Source: a candidate division WWE3 bacterium
GTDB taxonomy: Bacteria; Patescibacteriota; WWE3; UBA101185; UBA10185
DNA: 64,000 nt
Reading direction: 5' to 3'
Assembly (NCBI GenBank): GCA_014729135.1
Contig: WJKK01000001.1
Span: 794,919-858,918, forward strand
The notes below the pieces were generated by a model. It did no database searches and had not been told where the DNA came from. It saw only the letters and a list, made by a program, of their open reading frames with translations. Position numbers and translations under genes: made by a program. Numbering within the stretch: the stretch's first letter is position 1; each line of letters starts with the position of its first letter. Positions 27,292-37,583 of the stretch are shown in pieces.

Positions 27292-29448
27292 CTAAGAATC
27301 TTTAGCCTCGTCACCATCCTCACTCCCCTCAGCACCCTCCTCCAAAGGATTCTTCCAAGATGACCACTCACAATCCGGATAATTACTGCAACCAAAAAAC
27401 TCCCGACCCTTCGCCTTCTTCCTCACAACCTCCCCATCCTCACAATCAGGACACTTCATGCCAATCTTATCCAAATAAGGCTTCGTATTCTTACAATCAG
27501 GATAATTGCTGCACGCCAAAAACTTCCCATAACGCCCACGCTTCAAAATAAAATGACCATCATCACACTTATCACACTCCCCAAAATCCGTAATCTCCTT
27601 ACCGTCCTCATCAAAAACCTTATCCTCCTCCAAAGGCTCCGCATAATCACACTCCGGATAACCCGAACAACTCAAAAACTTCCCATACTTCCCCAACTTC
27701 ACAACAAGCTTATTCTTCTTACACTTGGGGCAAGTCTTATCCGTCTCCTCCAGCGTTGTAACATCCCTTTTATTAAGCTCTTTCTCCTTTTTCTCCAGAG
27801 TCTTCTCAAACGGAGTGTAAAACTCCTTAATAATTTTGTGCCAATCCTTGCCTTCATGAGCAATGGCATCCAAATCATCTTCCATTTCAGCCGTAAAGTC
27901 ATAACCAACTATTGACGGAAAGTGCTCTACTAAAAGGTCGGTTACTACATAAGCTACATCTTCAGGGATAAAATAACGACCTTCTTTGCGAATATATTTT
28001 CTTCTTTGGATTGTGGAAATTGTTGGAGCATACGTTGAGGGACGACCAATTCCTAATTCTTCCAACTTTTTTATCAGGGTTGCGTCAGAATATCTTGCAG
28101 GAGGTTGAGTAAAATGTTGATCCGTTCTTACTTCTTTTGCCTCTAGAGAAGTGCCTTCTTTTATCTCCGGGAGTTCAGTTAGCTCACCTGTAGAAGAACC
28201 AATTCCCAATTTTTCTCCAACAGCCAACCACCCTTTAAATGTAATGATAGAGCCGTTTGCTCGCAACATGTAACCTTTTTTAGACTCTATATCCACACGA
28301 GTTTGATCATAAACTGCGGGAACAGATTGGCATTCCAAAGCCCTTTGCCAAATCAATGAGTAAAGTTTGTGCTCATCCTTAGTTAGTTTCAACTTTTCAG
28401 GAGTGTTTTTAATGTCGGTGGGTCGAACAGCTTCATGCGCTTCCTGGGCTCCTTTGGATTTGGTCTTAAACTGCTTAGCTTTTTTAGGGATGTACTCCTC
28501 TCCTAGTTCTTTTTTCAAATGAGATCTGGTGCTTTTTACAAAAGCCGGCGCCAAGTTCAAGGAGTCAGTTCTGTGATACGTAATATGACCTTTCTCAAAG
28601 AGCTTTTGCGCTATGCCCATGGTCCTTCGAGCTGTAAACCCAAAAACATTAGAGGCTGCTCGCTGAAGTGTAGATGTCTTAAAGGGCTTAGGAGTCTTTC
28701 GCTTACGCTGACTCTTTTTAACTAAGGCAACCTCAAATTCGTCCTTTTCTAACTCCTTTTTAATCTTTTCAGCATCTTTTTCGTTGGAAATCTCAACCTT
28801 TTTGCCATCCTTTTTCTTTAAATCCGCCGTCAACTGCTCCTTTTTAGTGGTCAAAAAGTCAACGTCCAGTGTCCAATACTCCTCAACATCAAAGGCATCT
28901 CTTTCGCGCTCTTTTTCGACAATTAACCTTACGGCGACGCTTTGCACCCTTCCTGCGGAAAGCCCATAGCGAACTTTTTTCCAAAGGAGTGGTGACAGCT
29001 TATAACCTACAAGCCGATCTAAAACTCGACGAGCTTGCTGGGCATTTACAAGATCTTCGTTTAGCTCTGCGGGATGATCAAAGGCGTCCATAACGGCATC
29101 TTTTGTGAGCTCGTGGAAAAAGACGCGGGAGAATTTGAGATCTTTGTTTTTTTCTTTTAATAAGTGCTTTAAATGCCAGGCTATTGCCTCCCCTTCTCGG
29201 TCAGGGTCGGTTGCTAAAACCACTTCTTTTGTTTCTTTGGTAAGTTTTTGCAGCTCTTTTATAGTTTTTTTAGCTTTTTTAGGAACTACGTACTGCGGTT
29301 CAAAGTTGTTTTCTACATCTACACCGAGGTCTTTACGAGGAAGATCCCGTACGTGGCCTTTTGAGGATGTGACGGAGAATTTGTCCTTAGGTAAGTATTT
29401 AGATAGTGTTTTTGCTTTGGTTGGTGACTCTACAATTACTAGACTCAT
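27292..29448 (-). CDS. topA: DNA topoisomerase I with three C-terminal zinc ribbons
   Basis: LVIVESPTKAK, ATDPDREGEAI, SAGRVQS, ITYHRTDS and GIGRPSTY motifs. Confidence 0.97.
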   Translation of the reverse strand: MSLVIVESPTKAKTLSKYLPKDKFSVTSSKGHVRDLPRKDLGVDVENNFEPQYVVPKKAKKTIKELQKLTKETKEVVLATDPDREGEAIAWHLKHLLKEKNKDLKFSRVFFHELTKDAVMDAFDHPAELNEDLVNAQQARRVLDRLVGYKLSPLLWKKVRYGLSAGRVQSVAVRLIVEKERERDAFDVEEYWTLDVDFLTTKKEQLTADLKKKDGKKVEISNEKDAEKIKKELEKDEFEVALVKKSQRKRKTPKPFKTSTLQRAASNVFGFTARRTMGIAQKLFEKGHITYHRTDSLNLAPAFVKSTRSHLKKELGEEYIPKKAKQFKTKSKGAQEAHEAVRPTDIKNTPEKLKLTKDEHKLYSLIWQRALECQSVPAVYDQTRVDIESKKGYMLRANGSIITFKGWLAVGEKLGIGSSTGELTELPEIKEGTSLEAKEVRTDQHFTQPPARYSDATLIKKLEELGIGRPSTYAPTISTIQRRKYIRKEGRYFIPEDVAYVVTDLLVEHFPSIVGYDFTAEMEDDLDAIAHEGKDWHKIIKEFYTPFEKTLEKKEKELNKRDVTTLEETDKTCPKCKKNKLVVKLGKYGKFLSCSGYPECDYAEPLEEDKVFDEDGKEITDFGECDKCDDGHFILKRGRYGKFLACSNYPDCKNTKPYLDKIGMKCPDCEDGEVVRKKAKGREFFGCSNYPDCEWSSWKNPLEEGAEGSEDGDEAKDS

Positions 29449-29572
29449 ACTCTTTGAAGGATACTGGGTTGGGGGGTTTTATGCAAATGTAAGCTCAACC
29501 CTGCTTTCCGGCTCCACGACGTCATGTGCTCGGCTGTCTTTTTGCTCTTTTTCTGAAACGCTTGGCCAATGC

Positions 29573-29641
29573 AAGCATACCCGCCCTCTGTCTCCACGAC
29601 TCCATTTCATTTCGTAATGTCGCCAGAGGGAGGGCGTGCTT
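29573..29641. repeat. Hairpin element with a conserved 37-nt core (copy 1)
   Basis: Core TGTCTCCACGACTCCATTTCATTTCGTAATGTCGCCA, also at 50826 with one difference; closing stem CCCTCTG/CAGAGGG. Confidence 0.75.
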
Positions 29642-29679
29642 TTCGGGAACTGGAGTATGATACTCAAGAAAATGGGGGT

Positions 29680-31773
29680 TTATTCACGGTTCTCGGAAAA
29701 CCAGTAATCCAAGAGCGTGCGAGCAATAGGAGCAGCATCATCAGAACCCCCTCCCCCACCTTCCAAGAAAACCGTCAAAACAATTTCAGCATCCTCCAAG
29801 GGCCCCCAAACTGTAAACCAAGCATGCGTCCTTTCATTGCCTTGCGGATCAATATACTCAGAAGTTCCTGTCTTGCCGGCCAGCACCACTCCGTACTTTT
29901 CCGGAAAATCAAACACAGGGTAACCCGTTCCTCCCGGAGTAACCGCCCGTCGAAGCCCTTCACGAACCAAATCCAGAGTCTGCGGAGAAATTAAATCGCG
30001 CGCTAAAACCTCCTTTGAAGTTGCCTCCCCCGCCACCTCGGAAACCACACGAGGGCGCAGCAGCTCGCGCCCATTAGCAAAGTAAGAAGTCACCATATTC
30101 ACCTGCAAGGGAGTCGCCAAAAAGTCGCCCTGCCCAATGGAAGTGATGTAAGTGTCGCCCAAATACCAGTCTTTGTAGTCGCCATCAGGGACAAAGCCTG
30201 CCACTTCTCCCGGAATATCGATACCTGTTTTAGCGCCAAAGCCAAATTTTTTTGACCAATTGGAGATGCGGTCAATGCCTAGGCCTTCAATGTTGCCGTA
30301 GCCTCCTCCTATGGTGTAAAAGTAGGTGTCGTTGCTGACCTGGAGGGCTCTTAAGAGGTCCACTTGGCCATGCCCGTCGAGTTTCCAGTTTCTAAATGTG
30401 TAGCCTGCAACGGAAAGGTAACCGGGGTCGTTGATAGTGCTATAGGGTGTTATGGCGGATTCTTCGAGCGCTGCTGAGGCCATAACCATTTTATAGGTCG
30501 ATCCGGGAGGGTAGTTGGCGCCAATTGCTCTGTTGAAAAAGGGGTGGTTGTAGGTTTCTTCTAAGGTGGCAAGTTCGGCGGAGGTTACTCCTGAGACCAT
30601 TTTTTGGGCGTCAAAGGAGGGGTAGCTGGCTAGAGCAAGGACACCTCCGGTTTGTGGGTCTTGGGCTACAACGACTCCGGCGTCTGCTGTGGCTCCGGGG
30701 ATTTTTTCGTTTTCCGGAGTGGCGGGGCTGTTAGGGTCTGCGGAGGTGTTGGAGTTTTTGGAGGCGTCAACAGCTTTTTTCAGTTCTTCATAGGCTAGTT
30801 TTTGAAGGCCTATGTCGGCAAAAAGTTTAATGTTTTCGCCGGGAACGGGATCTTTGGTGTCAAACTCCCGGAGGCTTTCGTTGGAGGAGTTTACTTGAAT
30901 TAATCTTTGTCCGGAAATTCCTGTTAGTGGCTTGTTGTAGGAGGCTTCTAAGCCGGTTTTTCCTTCTATTAGTGGGGTTAGGCTTTCGTTGGAGAGGCCG
31001 GTGTAACCAAGGAGGTGTGCAAAGGCTTCGGGATAGTGGTAGTCGCGGGTGGGATAGGTTAGGACATCGATGGCGGGGACTTTTTGTGTTCCAAGGGAGT
31101 CCAGTAGTGAGGCGGATTCAAGCGAGAGGAGTTGATCTTTGTTAAGGTTCTGCGCAATTACAAGGGATTGAATTCCCGGTGTATCGAGTTGGGTGAGTTG
31201 AGGGACAGTCCTTTGAGGGGACAGTCCTTTCCAGGGACTGTCCTCTCCGAGGACAGTCCTCTTAAAGGACTGTCCCCTCCTCAGGTGATCGAGCGTGTCT
31301 GAGACTAGGCGTTTACAAAGAGTACGATCTTTACCCAAACTGCATCGGGACACATTAAGTACAAGGTTGAAAGTTGGGCGGTTTTGCGCAATTACTTCTC
31401 CTTTTTGATCAAAAATGACTCCTCGTGGGGCGGGAATTTCATAAGTACGTGTCCGATTTCTTTGAGCCAGTGCCTGATATTCCTTCGACTCCAAAACCTG
31501 TAATTTAAATGCTCGCGCAAAAAAAACTAAGAAACTTGCCAGCAATAAAAAAGTAAAAAACAAGAGGTGCCCATGAAAAGTTTTGCGACCGGAGTTAAAA
31601 TAGTCCTTACCTATTAGGGGATTAACCTCGTTTAAATGCGCACCCTCCCCTCCCCTTTTTAAACGGCTCCTTTTTGAACCGGACTTTCCCGGGTATTTAA
31701 AACGCAATAACCTCTTTAAAAAAGACTCCCCACCCTTTAACTCCTCAAAAAAGTTCGGATTTATTGCGTTCAT
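29680..31773 (-). CDS. mrdA: Penicillin-binding protein 2 with an in-frame REP insertion
   Basis: APRGVIFD, PPGSTYK (SxxK), SND and KTGT motifs; follows mreBCD. Confidence 0.93.
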   Translation of the reverse strand: MNAINPNFFEELKGGESFLKRLLRFKYPGKSGSKRSRLKRGGEGAHLNEVNPLIGKDYFNSGRKTFHGHLLFFTFLLLASFLVFFARAFKLQVLESKEYQALAQRNRTRTYEIPAPRGVIFDQKGEVIAQNRPTFNLVLNVSRCSLGKDRTLCKRLVSDTLDHLRRGQSFKRTVLGEDSPWKGLSPQRTVPQLTQLDTPGIQSLVIAQNLNKDQLLSLESASLLDSLGTQKVPAIDVLTYPTRDYHYPEAFAHLLGYTGLSNESLTPLIEGKTGLEASYNKPLTGISGQRLIQVNSSNESLREFDTKDPVPGENIKLFADIGLQKLAYEELKKAVDASKNSNTSADPNSPATPENEKIPGATADAGVVVAQDPQTGGVLALASYPSFDAQKMVSGVTSAELATLEETYNHPFFNRAIGANYPPGSTYKMVMASAALEESAITPYSTINDPGYLSVAGYTFRNWKLDGHGQVDLLRALQVSNDTYFYTIGGGYGNIEGLGIDRISNWSKKFGFGAKTGIDIPGEVAGFVPDGDYKDWYLGDTYITSIGQGDFLATPLQVNMVTSYFANGRELLRPRVVSEVAGEATSKEVLARDLISPQTLDLVREGLRRAVTPGGTGYPVFDFPEKYGVVLAGKTGTSEYIDPQGNERTHAWFTVWGPLEDAEIVLTVFLEGGGGGSDDAAPIARTLLDYWFSENRE
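31201..31277. repeat. Five-unit GGACAGTCC/GGACTGTCC REP cluster inside mrdA
   Basis: Contains GGACAGTCCTCTTAAAGGACTGTCCC identical to the RAYT flanks; peptide RGQSFKRTVLGEDSPWKGLSPQRTVP. Confidence 0.85.
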
Positions 31774-31778
31774 AAAAG

Positions 31779-32261
31779 CTAATTATAGCGACGCTTCCCC
31801 AAAAGATAAAAGAAAGCAAAACTTAATAGATTTAAAAGTAAAAAGGGCAAACTAAAAACTTCCGGTCCCTCTAACCGAAAACTCCACCAAATAAAGGAAA
31901 AAATAGTTAGAGTCAGCAAATAAAGAATGAGATTGCCGAAAAACTTGTTGACATAGTAGGTCACAAGCAGACATGCAAGCATGATTACAGAACTCACTCC
32001 CCAAAAACCGGGAGTTAGCAAGTCAAATAGCAGCCCTCCAATGAAGGCGCTAAAGCAGGCCTTATTGGTTTTTTCTAAGGCCAAAAGCGCCAAAGGCAAC
32101 GTAAAGATTAAAATAGGAGTTGCCTCCTGCAAAAAAACAGGCAAAAAGCTTCCTTGAATTAGAGCTGTCACTAAAGTCAACAAAGCGAGTCCAAAGTAGG
32201 AGCGCCAAGTGCTTTTAGATCTTTGTGAAAGGTCCTTGGAATGGATGTGTTTAGTCATCAT
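31779..32261 (-). CDS. mreD: Rod shape-determining protein MreD
   Basis: Multi-TM protein with AFIGGLLFDLL; lies between mreC and mrdA. Confidence 0.8.
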   Translation of the reverse strand: MMTKHIHSKDLSQRSKSTWRSYFGLALLTLVTALIQGSFLPVFLQEATPILIFTLPLALLALEKTNKACFSAFIGGLLFDLLTPGFWGVSSVIMLACLLVTYYVNKFFGNLILYLLTLTIFSFIWWSFRLEGPEVFSLPFLLLNLLSFAFFYLLGKRRYN

Positions 32262-32335
32262 AAGATATATTGAAAGCGGTCTTTACTTCTAGATTTTTCA
32301 AAGAGAGTCAACCCCAATGACTTAGAAATCAAAAG

Positions 32336-33322
32336 CTAAAGACCCTCCTCCCGCAAACTTAATAAAACAAAAACCTTACTTAAGCGTTCAAGCTCCAATA
32401 AAGGAATCACCTGGGCACTCTTTAAAGGCTGCGTGGGCTCCGCCTCAATTTTACCAACTCGGCCAACAATGTAGTTGGGCTTGAAAAAACCTTCCCTTCC
32501 GGAGGTCAAGAGCAGGTCGCCTTCCGTCAGTGGTTCCTTTTGCAGCACCCTTGTTAGCTTTAGAGAAGTTCCAAAGTCGCCAGTGACGATTCCTTCGGTC
32601 TGGTAAGGGCTTGTTGATTGAAGGGAGGTTGCTGGAGTTTCTTGGGAGGCGTCCGATTCAGGGGATTCCGATGAGTTCGGAGAAACGTCTGCTTCCTCAT
32701 TACCTGCTTTACCTGGAACCAAGGCCTCAAACGAAAACCGCTTAACAGGAACCTTCAACTCCGGCGAATACAAAAGCTCAACCAAACTGCTAAACTTTCC
32801 TGCCTCCTTTACGCGAGCCACCAAAAAATTCTTGTAAACAAGCAAATCGCCCTGCTTAATCTGCTTGTTAGAGCCTGCATTTATGTACGCAGTAGAATTC
32901 GTTGTATCTGTAGGGTTTCCTGTCAACGAAACAAGCAGAAGTTTTTCTTGAGAGTTGTGCAAAGTAGGCGTCGGTGGCTGTGGCACTTCTAACCAGGAAG
33001 TGCTATCCTCTATTGTTGTACCTACCAAATCGGGATTTTTCAGAAAAAACTGATCCTGCAAAACTCCATATTCTTCCACAAAATCCTGATAAGAAGCCTT
33101 TTCGGACTGAAGATTCAAAACCCGCGCCTTCAAATCCTGATTTTCCCGGTAAATAGAGCGTATGTTGACCAAAAAGGTTGCGTAATCCTGCGTTTGAAGA
33201 GCAGCTTCCCTAAAAGGAATAGATAAAAAGTTTAAACTTGCCCCGCCCGCCTCCTCGATTGGATGGGAAACTCCTAAAAAGGAGAGTATAAGTATGAAAA
33301 TTGCTGCCAAAAGATATTTCAT
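32336..33322 (-). CDS. mreC: Rod shape-determining protein MreC
   Basis: N-terminal TM, coiled coil (ENQDLK), INAGS..I.QGD and GDLLLTSG motifs. Confidence 0.88.
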   Translation of the reverse strand: MKYLLAAIFILILSFLGVSHPIEEAGGASLNFLSIPFREAALQTQDYATFLVNIRSIYRENQDLKARVLNLQSEKASYQDFVEEYGVLQDQFFLKNPDLVGTTIEDSTSWLEVPQPPTPTLHNSQEKLLLVSLTGNPTDTTNSTAYINAGSNKQIKQGDLLVYKNFLVARVKEAGKFSSLVELLYSPELKVPVKRFSFEALVPGKAGNEEADVSPNSSESPESDASQETPATSLQSTSPYQTEGIVTGDFGTSLKLTRVLQKEPLTEGDLLLTSGREGFFKPNYIVGRVGKIEAEPTQPLKSAQVIPLLELERLSKVFVLLSLREEGL

Positions 33323-33403
33323 TCGATTTTTATTTTACAGGTTTTTGAGGTGGGAGTTTCCTGCAAGCTGCTTTACCGTCAAACACCCAGCCGACACAGC
33401 CAA

Positions 33404-34477
33404 CTAATCCACACGCACCAAATCCAAAAGCATCTCATCCTCCAGCAACTTCCCACAGCCGCGAACAACACAAGAAATAGGATCCTCCGCCAAATGAACA
33501 GGTGCTTTAAGCTCTTTGGACAATAAAAGATCCAGATTCTTAAGCTGAGAAGTGCCTCCGGCCAAAACAGCACCGGAAGACAAGATGTCAGGCATCAACT
33601 CTGCAGGAGTGGCCTCTATCACATCCTTGACTGCATTGATAATAAGGGTCAGGGAACCTTTCATGGCCTCCTCCAGCTCCTCAGGGGATGCCTTAATTGA
33701 ACGCGGTAATCCGGTTTTTAAATCCCGACCCTGAAAAACCAAAGCGTCCTGCACACCTTCACGCGAGGCCTCCAAACGACTCCCTCCGGAAACCCCCTCC
33801 ACTAAAGCGCTGCCAAAAGCACACTTCAAAGCCTCCGCTGTCCCCTCCCCCAACAAAAGATTGTATTTTTTGCGGGCATAATTAACGATGTCCATGTCCA
33901 ACTGATCCCCCGCCACACGAAGCGAATTACTTATAACCATGCCTCCCAAAGAGATGACTGCAATTTCCGTGGTGCCGCCGCCAATGTCCACAATCAAATT
34001 TCCGGCTGCTTTCTTAACGGGAAGACCTGCTCCAATTGCTGCAGCCATGGGTTCTTCCACTAAAATGGCTTTGCGCGCACCGGCGGTTAGCGCGGAGTCA
34101 ATTACGGCCTTCCTTTCCACTGAGGTCAATCCTGAGGGAACACCTATGACGATTTTGGGCTTGGGATATTTGGGGAATTTTGTGGGAATGGCGTTAACGG
34201 ATTTTATGAAGTGCTCTAGCATTTTTTCGGTGGCGTAAAAGTCTGAGATGACGCCGTTGCGAAGGGGTCTGATGGCTTCTAATGTTTGAGGGGTTTTGCC
34301 TAGCATCTTTTTGGCCTCAGCTCCAACGGCCAAAATCTGTTTCGTTTTTTTGTGGATGGTTACTACGCTGGGCTCGTTTATGAGGATGCCTTTACCTTTG
34401 ACATAAACCAGTATGTTGGCGGTTCCAAGGTCTATCCCAATATCGTAGGAAATCTTGCTCAAAATTTTATCAATCAT
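33404..34477 (-). CDS. mreB: Rod shape-determining protein MreB
   Basis: IGIDLGTAN, EEPMAAAIGAG and VDIGGGTTE motifs. Confidence 0.97.
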   Translation of the reverse strand: MIDKILSKISYDIGIDLGTANILVYVKGKGILINEPSVVTIHKKTKQILAVGAEAKKMLGKTPQTLEAIRPLRNGVISDFYATEKMLEHFIKSVNAIPTKFPKYPKPKIVIGVPSGLTSVERKAVIDSALTAGARKAILVEEPMAAAIGAGLPVKKAAGNLIVDIGGGTTEIAVISLGGMVISNSLRVAGDQLDMDIVNYARKKYNLLLGEGTAEALKCAFGSALVEGVSGGSRLEASREGVQDALVFQGRDLKTGLPRSIKASPEELEEAMKGSLTLIINAVKDVIEATPAELMPDILSSGAVLAGGTSQLKNLDLLLSKELKAPVHLAEDPISCVVRGCGKLLEDEMLLDLVRVD

Positions 34478-34494
34478 ATGGTGAGTTTAGCAGA

Positions 34495-34523
34495 GGGGAC
34501 AGTCCTCTTAAAGGACTGTCCCC
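34495..34523. repeat. REP palindrome flanking the RAYT gene (left)
   Basis: GGGACAGTCC-TCTTAAA-GGACTGTCCC. Confidence 0.85.
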
Positions 34524-34590
34524 TTTTGAAATTCTAGTTTAGCTAGAATATTGGTTTGAAAAAGGATTATAGGATGAAAAAAAGCGGAGA

Positions 34591-35178
34591 TTAATCTTCG
34601 AGATTTACAAATCTTTTATACCCGGGACCGGACTTTTTGAAGTGCTGAAGCACTTCCGAAGTATCCAAAAACTTAAAACTTTTCCCGGGCGAAACAGCAG
34701 AATCCTGATAAAAAGAAAAGCTGGAATAGGGATAAGAAAAGATCTCTTTGTCTAATTCCAAGGGATTGCGGTGAATGTAGCGACTAACATGCAAAAGATC
34801 GGCGGAATCCTTAATAAGACGAGCCTTATACCGACCCTCCAACAAACGACCTCTAAGAGCGTATCTGCCTTTACAATAAAAAACATAACTGAGCTGTAAG
34901 CTTTTCATGAAGCGCGACATGTCATATTCTTCCTTTTGTTTTAAAAGAAGGTGAAAATGCGTGGGCATCAGACAAAAAGCATAAAGAGATATTTTTTCGT
35001 GGAAAGTTTTTCTATTACTTATAGGATTATTTCTTTCTAAAAGCTTATCCCTCAAAAAACTAAGGAAAACTTTGTAATCTTGTTCATCGCGAAACAACAA
35101 ACCTCGATCATTGGCTCTATTATAGGCGTGATAGATACCCTCTTCTTGATAATCTTTTAGAGCATTCTTGGCGGGCAT
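34591..35178 (-). mobile_element. REP-associated tyrosine transposase (RAYT/TnpA-REP, IS200-like Y1 HUH)
   Basis: YHAYNR, AFCLMPTHFHLL (HUH), RYIHRNP (catalytic Tyr) and YPYSS; identical palindromes on both sides. Confidence 0.9.
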
Positions 35179-35247
35179 ATTTAAATCCTACTCAATATTT
35201 AGTCCAATTCAAGTGCCTATATTCTAGTTAAATTGGAATCTCTAAAA

Positions 35248-35278
35248 AAGGGACAGTCCTCTTAAAGGACTGTCCCTT
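35248..35278. repeat. REP palindrome flanking the RAYT gene (right)
   Basis: AAGGGACAGTCCTCTTAAAGGACTGTCCCTT; same 27-bp core as 34496. Confidence 0.85.
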
Positions 35279-35302
35279 CCAAAAATATGGTAAAATGGCG
35301 GT

Positions 35303-35827
35303 ATGGCAATAGTAACCATAGTAAAGGCGCCAAACCCCCTCCTGGATAAACCAACCGAAACAGTGGAACAGTTTGGCAAAAACACAGAAACCGCCGAAAC
35401 AATCAAGGACCTCAAAGACACACTAGACGCTGCAAGTGAACCCGAAGGAGCAGGTCTATCCGCAAATCAAATAGGCATCAACAAAAACGTCTGTGTAGTT
35501 CGCAAATTCTTCCAAGACCCAATGGACCCAAACACGCAACTCTTTGAAGAAAAAGTCCTCATTAACCCCAAAATCACAAACTCCTCAAAAGAGACAGAAA
35601 CCGACTGGGAAGGCTGCCTTAGCGTCCCCGACACCTACGGCAAAGTCACCCGCCCAACAAAAATCCAAATAACCTATCAAGACGAATCAAGCACCTCTCA
35701 AAAACTTATAGCAGAAGGATTTTACGCCAGAGTCATCCAACATGAAATCGACCACCTCAATGGAATCCTCTTTACCTCCAAAGTCGAAGGAAACACCGTC
35801 ACCGGAGACTATTTCAAGGACAACTAA
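35303..35827 (+). CDS. def: Peptide deformylase
   Basis: GAGLSANQIG, EGCLS and QHEIDHLNG motifs. Confidence 0.97.
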   Translation: MAIVTIVKAPNPLLDKPTETVEQFGKNTETAETIKDLKDTLDAASEPEGAGLSANQIGINKNVCVVRKFFQDPMDPNTQLFEEKVLINPKITNSSKETETDWEGCLSVPDTYGKVTRPTKIQITYQDESSTSQKLIAEGFYARVIQHEIDHLNGILFTSKVEGNTVTGDYFKDN

Positions 35828-35833
35828 CTAAAA

Positions 35834-36808
35834 ATGAACTTAAACATTGCTTTTTTTGGAACTTCGGATAGAGCCACTCCCCTACTGGAGGCTCTAAACG
35901 GCGATCCACAACTAAACTTAAAACTTGTTGTAACAAAAACGGATCGCAAAATGGGAAGGCATCAAAAACTTAAACCCACGCAAGTTAAGGAGTGGGCTGA
36001 AAAGCATAACATAGCAAAATTTGAGCTTAAAAATCAGAGGGATTTTCAAAAGAAAGAAAAGGCTTTACTAAGGGAACTTAGCAAACAAAGAATAGATCTG
36101 ATAATTGTGGCAGATTTTGGCTTCATGGTACCGGAGACTCTAATTCAAACATATAAAGGCAAAATTATAAACGTACATTTTTCACTTCTCCCTAAATATC
36201 GCGGGGCAAACCCGGTGCAAGCTGCAATTATAAACGGCGACAAAGAAACCGGAATCACTTTTATCCTTATGGAAGAAGGCTTAGACTCAGGACCAATTCT
36301 CCACCAAATTAAACATCCCCTAACAAAAAAGGAAACAACGGGAATGCTTTATAAAGAGCTTTTTGACCTGGCAGCCAAGCGCCTCCCCGAAACAGTGAAA
36401 AAGTATGCCAATCAAGAATTAACACCTCAACAACAAGACGATAGTAAAGCGGAAATTTACTACTCCCCCTCCCACCCCAAAAGCACGTACATTTACAAGG
36501 AGGATGCCAAAATTAACTGGAATGAAACACCGCAGCAAATAGAGCAAAAGATTCGGGCGTTTAATCCCTGGCCTATTGCCTGGACCACTTTGGAGGCGTT
36601 AGAGCATAATGAAAAGTTAGAGGATTTGGCTTTACGGGAGGGTGTGGATGCCTCCCTAAGGGTTAAGATTTTTTCAGCAGAGGTGGTGGAAAAGGAAATG
36701 GCAGAGGCCGGTTCTAAAAAAAGCAAGCTAATCCCTAAAACAATTCAAGTGGCGGGAAAAAAGAAAACCTCTTGGGAAAACTTTAAAAACGGCTACGCAA
36801 AGAAATAA
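35834..36808 (+). CDS. fmt: Methionyl-tRNA formyltransferase
   Basis: FFGT, INVHFSLLPKYRGANP, LDSGP and IRAFNPWP motifs. Confidence 0.95.
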   Translation: MNLNIAFFGTSDRATPLLEALNGDPQLNLKLVVTKTDRKMGRHQKLKPTQVKEWAEKHNIAKFELKNQRDFQKKEKALLRELSKQRIDLIIVADFGFMVPETLIQTYKGKIINVHFSLLPKYRGANPVQAAIINGDKETGITFILMEEGLDSGPILHQIKHPLTKKETTGMLYKELFDLAAKRLPETVKKYANQELTPQQQDDSKAEIYYSPSHPKSTYIYKEDAKINWNETPQQIEQKIRAFNPWPIAWTTLEALEHNEKLEDLALREGVDASLRVKIFSAEVVEKEMAEAGSKKSKLIPKTIQVAGKKKTSWENFKNGYAKK

Positions 36809-36957
36809 ACAGGCCATAAAACAAGCCGGAAATATCCCTTACTAAGAGTGAAAACCCTGGGAAATTGCAAAGGCTGTTCAGGTGACCAAATTTGAACGGT
36901 ACTGCCGTACAAGCCCCGCAAACCACGAAAACAACTCAGGCCGAACAAAACAAAAGC

Positions 36958-37182
36958 CTACTCAAAAGCCTTGCGAACATACTCCGGATCCTTCTTAGTT
37001 CGCTTCAAGCAAGAAGCACACAAAGTCAGCTTCACGCGCTTCCCATCAACCTCAAAACGCTTATTTCGCAAATTAGGCTGCTGTCTGCGAATCGTCCTGC
37101 GAGTAACACGCTTACCAATTCCTCGCGGAACGGAGTTTCCTTTTTTTGCTGTTTTCTGACATATTTGACAAATTCGTGCCAT
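36958..37182 (-). CDS. rpmB: 50S ribosomal protein L28
   Basis: MARICQIC.K...GN, RRQQPNL and LCASCLK motifs. Confidence 0.93.
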   Translation of the reverse strand: MARICQICQKTAKKGNSVPRGIGKRVTRRTIRRQQPNLRNKRFEVDGKRVKLTLCASCLKRTKKDPEYVRKAFE

Positions 37183-37451
37183 AACATTGGGATTAAAGCA
37201 TAAAGGCACTCCCCTGTCAACGAGCATGCTTTTTGGTGGGTGTTTTTATGGGAGTGTTGTGTTTTTTATTGGTTTTCGTTTAGAGGGGGGGGTTTTTAAG
37301 TAGTACAAAGGATTATCTTAAACACGGCAGGAGTTTTAATGGAGTGGCTATAGGTTGCGTTAAGGCGGGATTTGCTTTATACTTCCAGGCATAGATAAGT
37401 CCGGTGGAGGCGAATTCCCGCCCCACCTCATGGAACCAAGAGGAGAAAAAG

Positions 37452-37583
37452 ATGGATGAGAAATGTGAAGGATGCCCGTTTTGCACCGCAACGAGGGAAG
37501 AGGCTATAGCAGAGCTCAATGGCTATGGCTGTCAAAAGGGCAAGGAAGGAACCTGCCCTACAGTGGAGGATAGAAGAAAATAG
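37452..37583 (+). CDS. Small Cys-rich protein (43 aa), not in the ORF track
   Basis: GAGGAG RBS; MDEKCEGCPFCTAT...GCQKGKEGTCPTVEDRRK*; GC-rich hairpins on both sides. Confidence 0.55.
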   Translation: MDEKCEGCPFCTATREEAIAELNGYGCQKGKEGTCPTVEDRRK

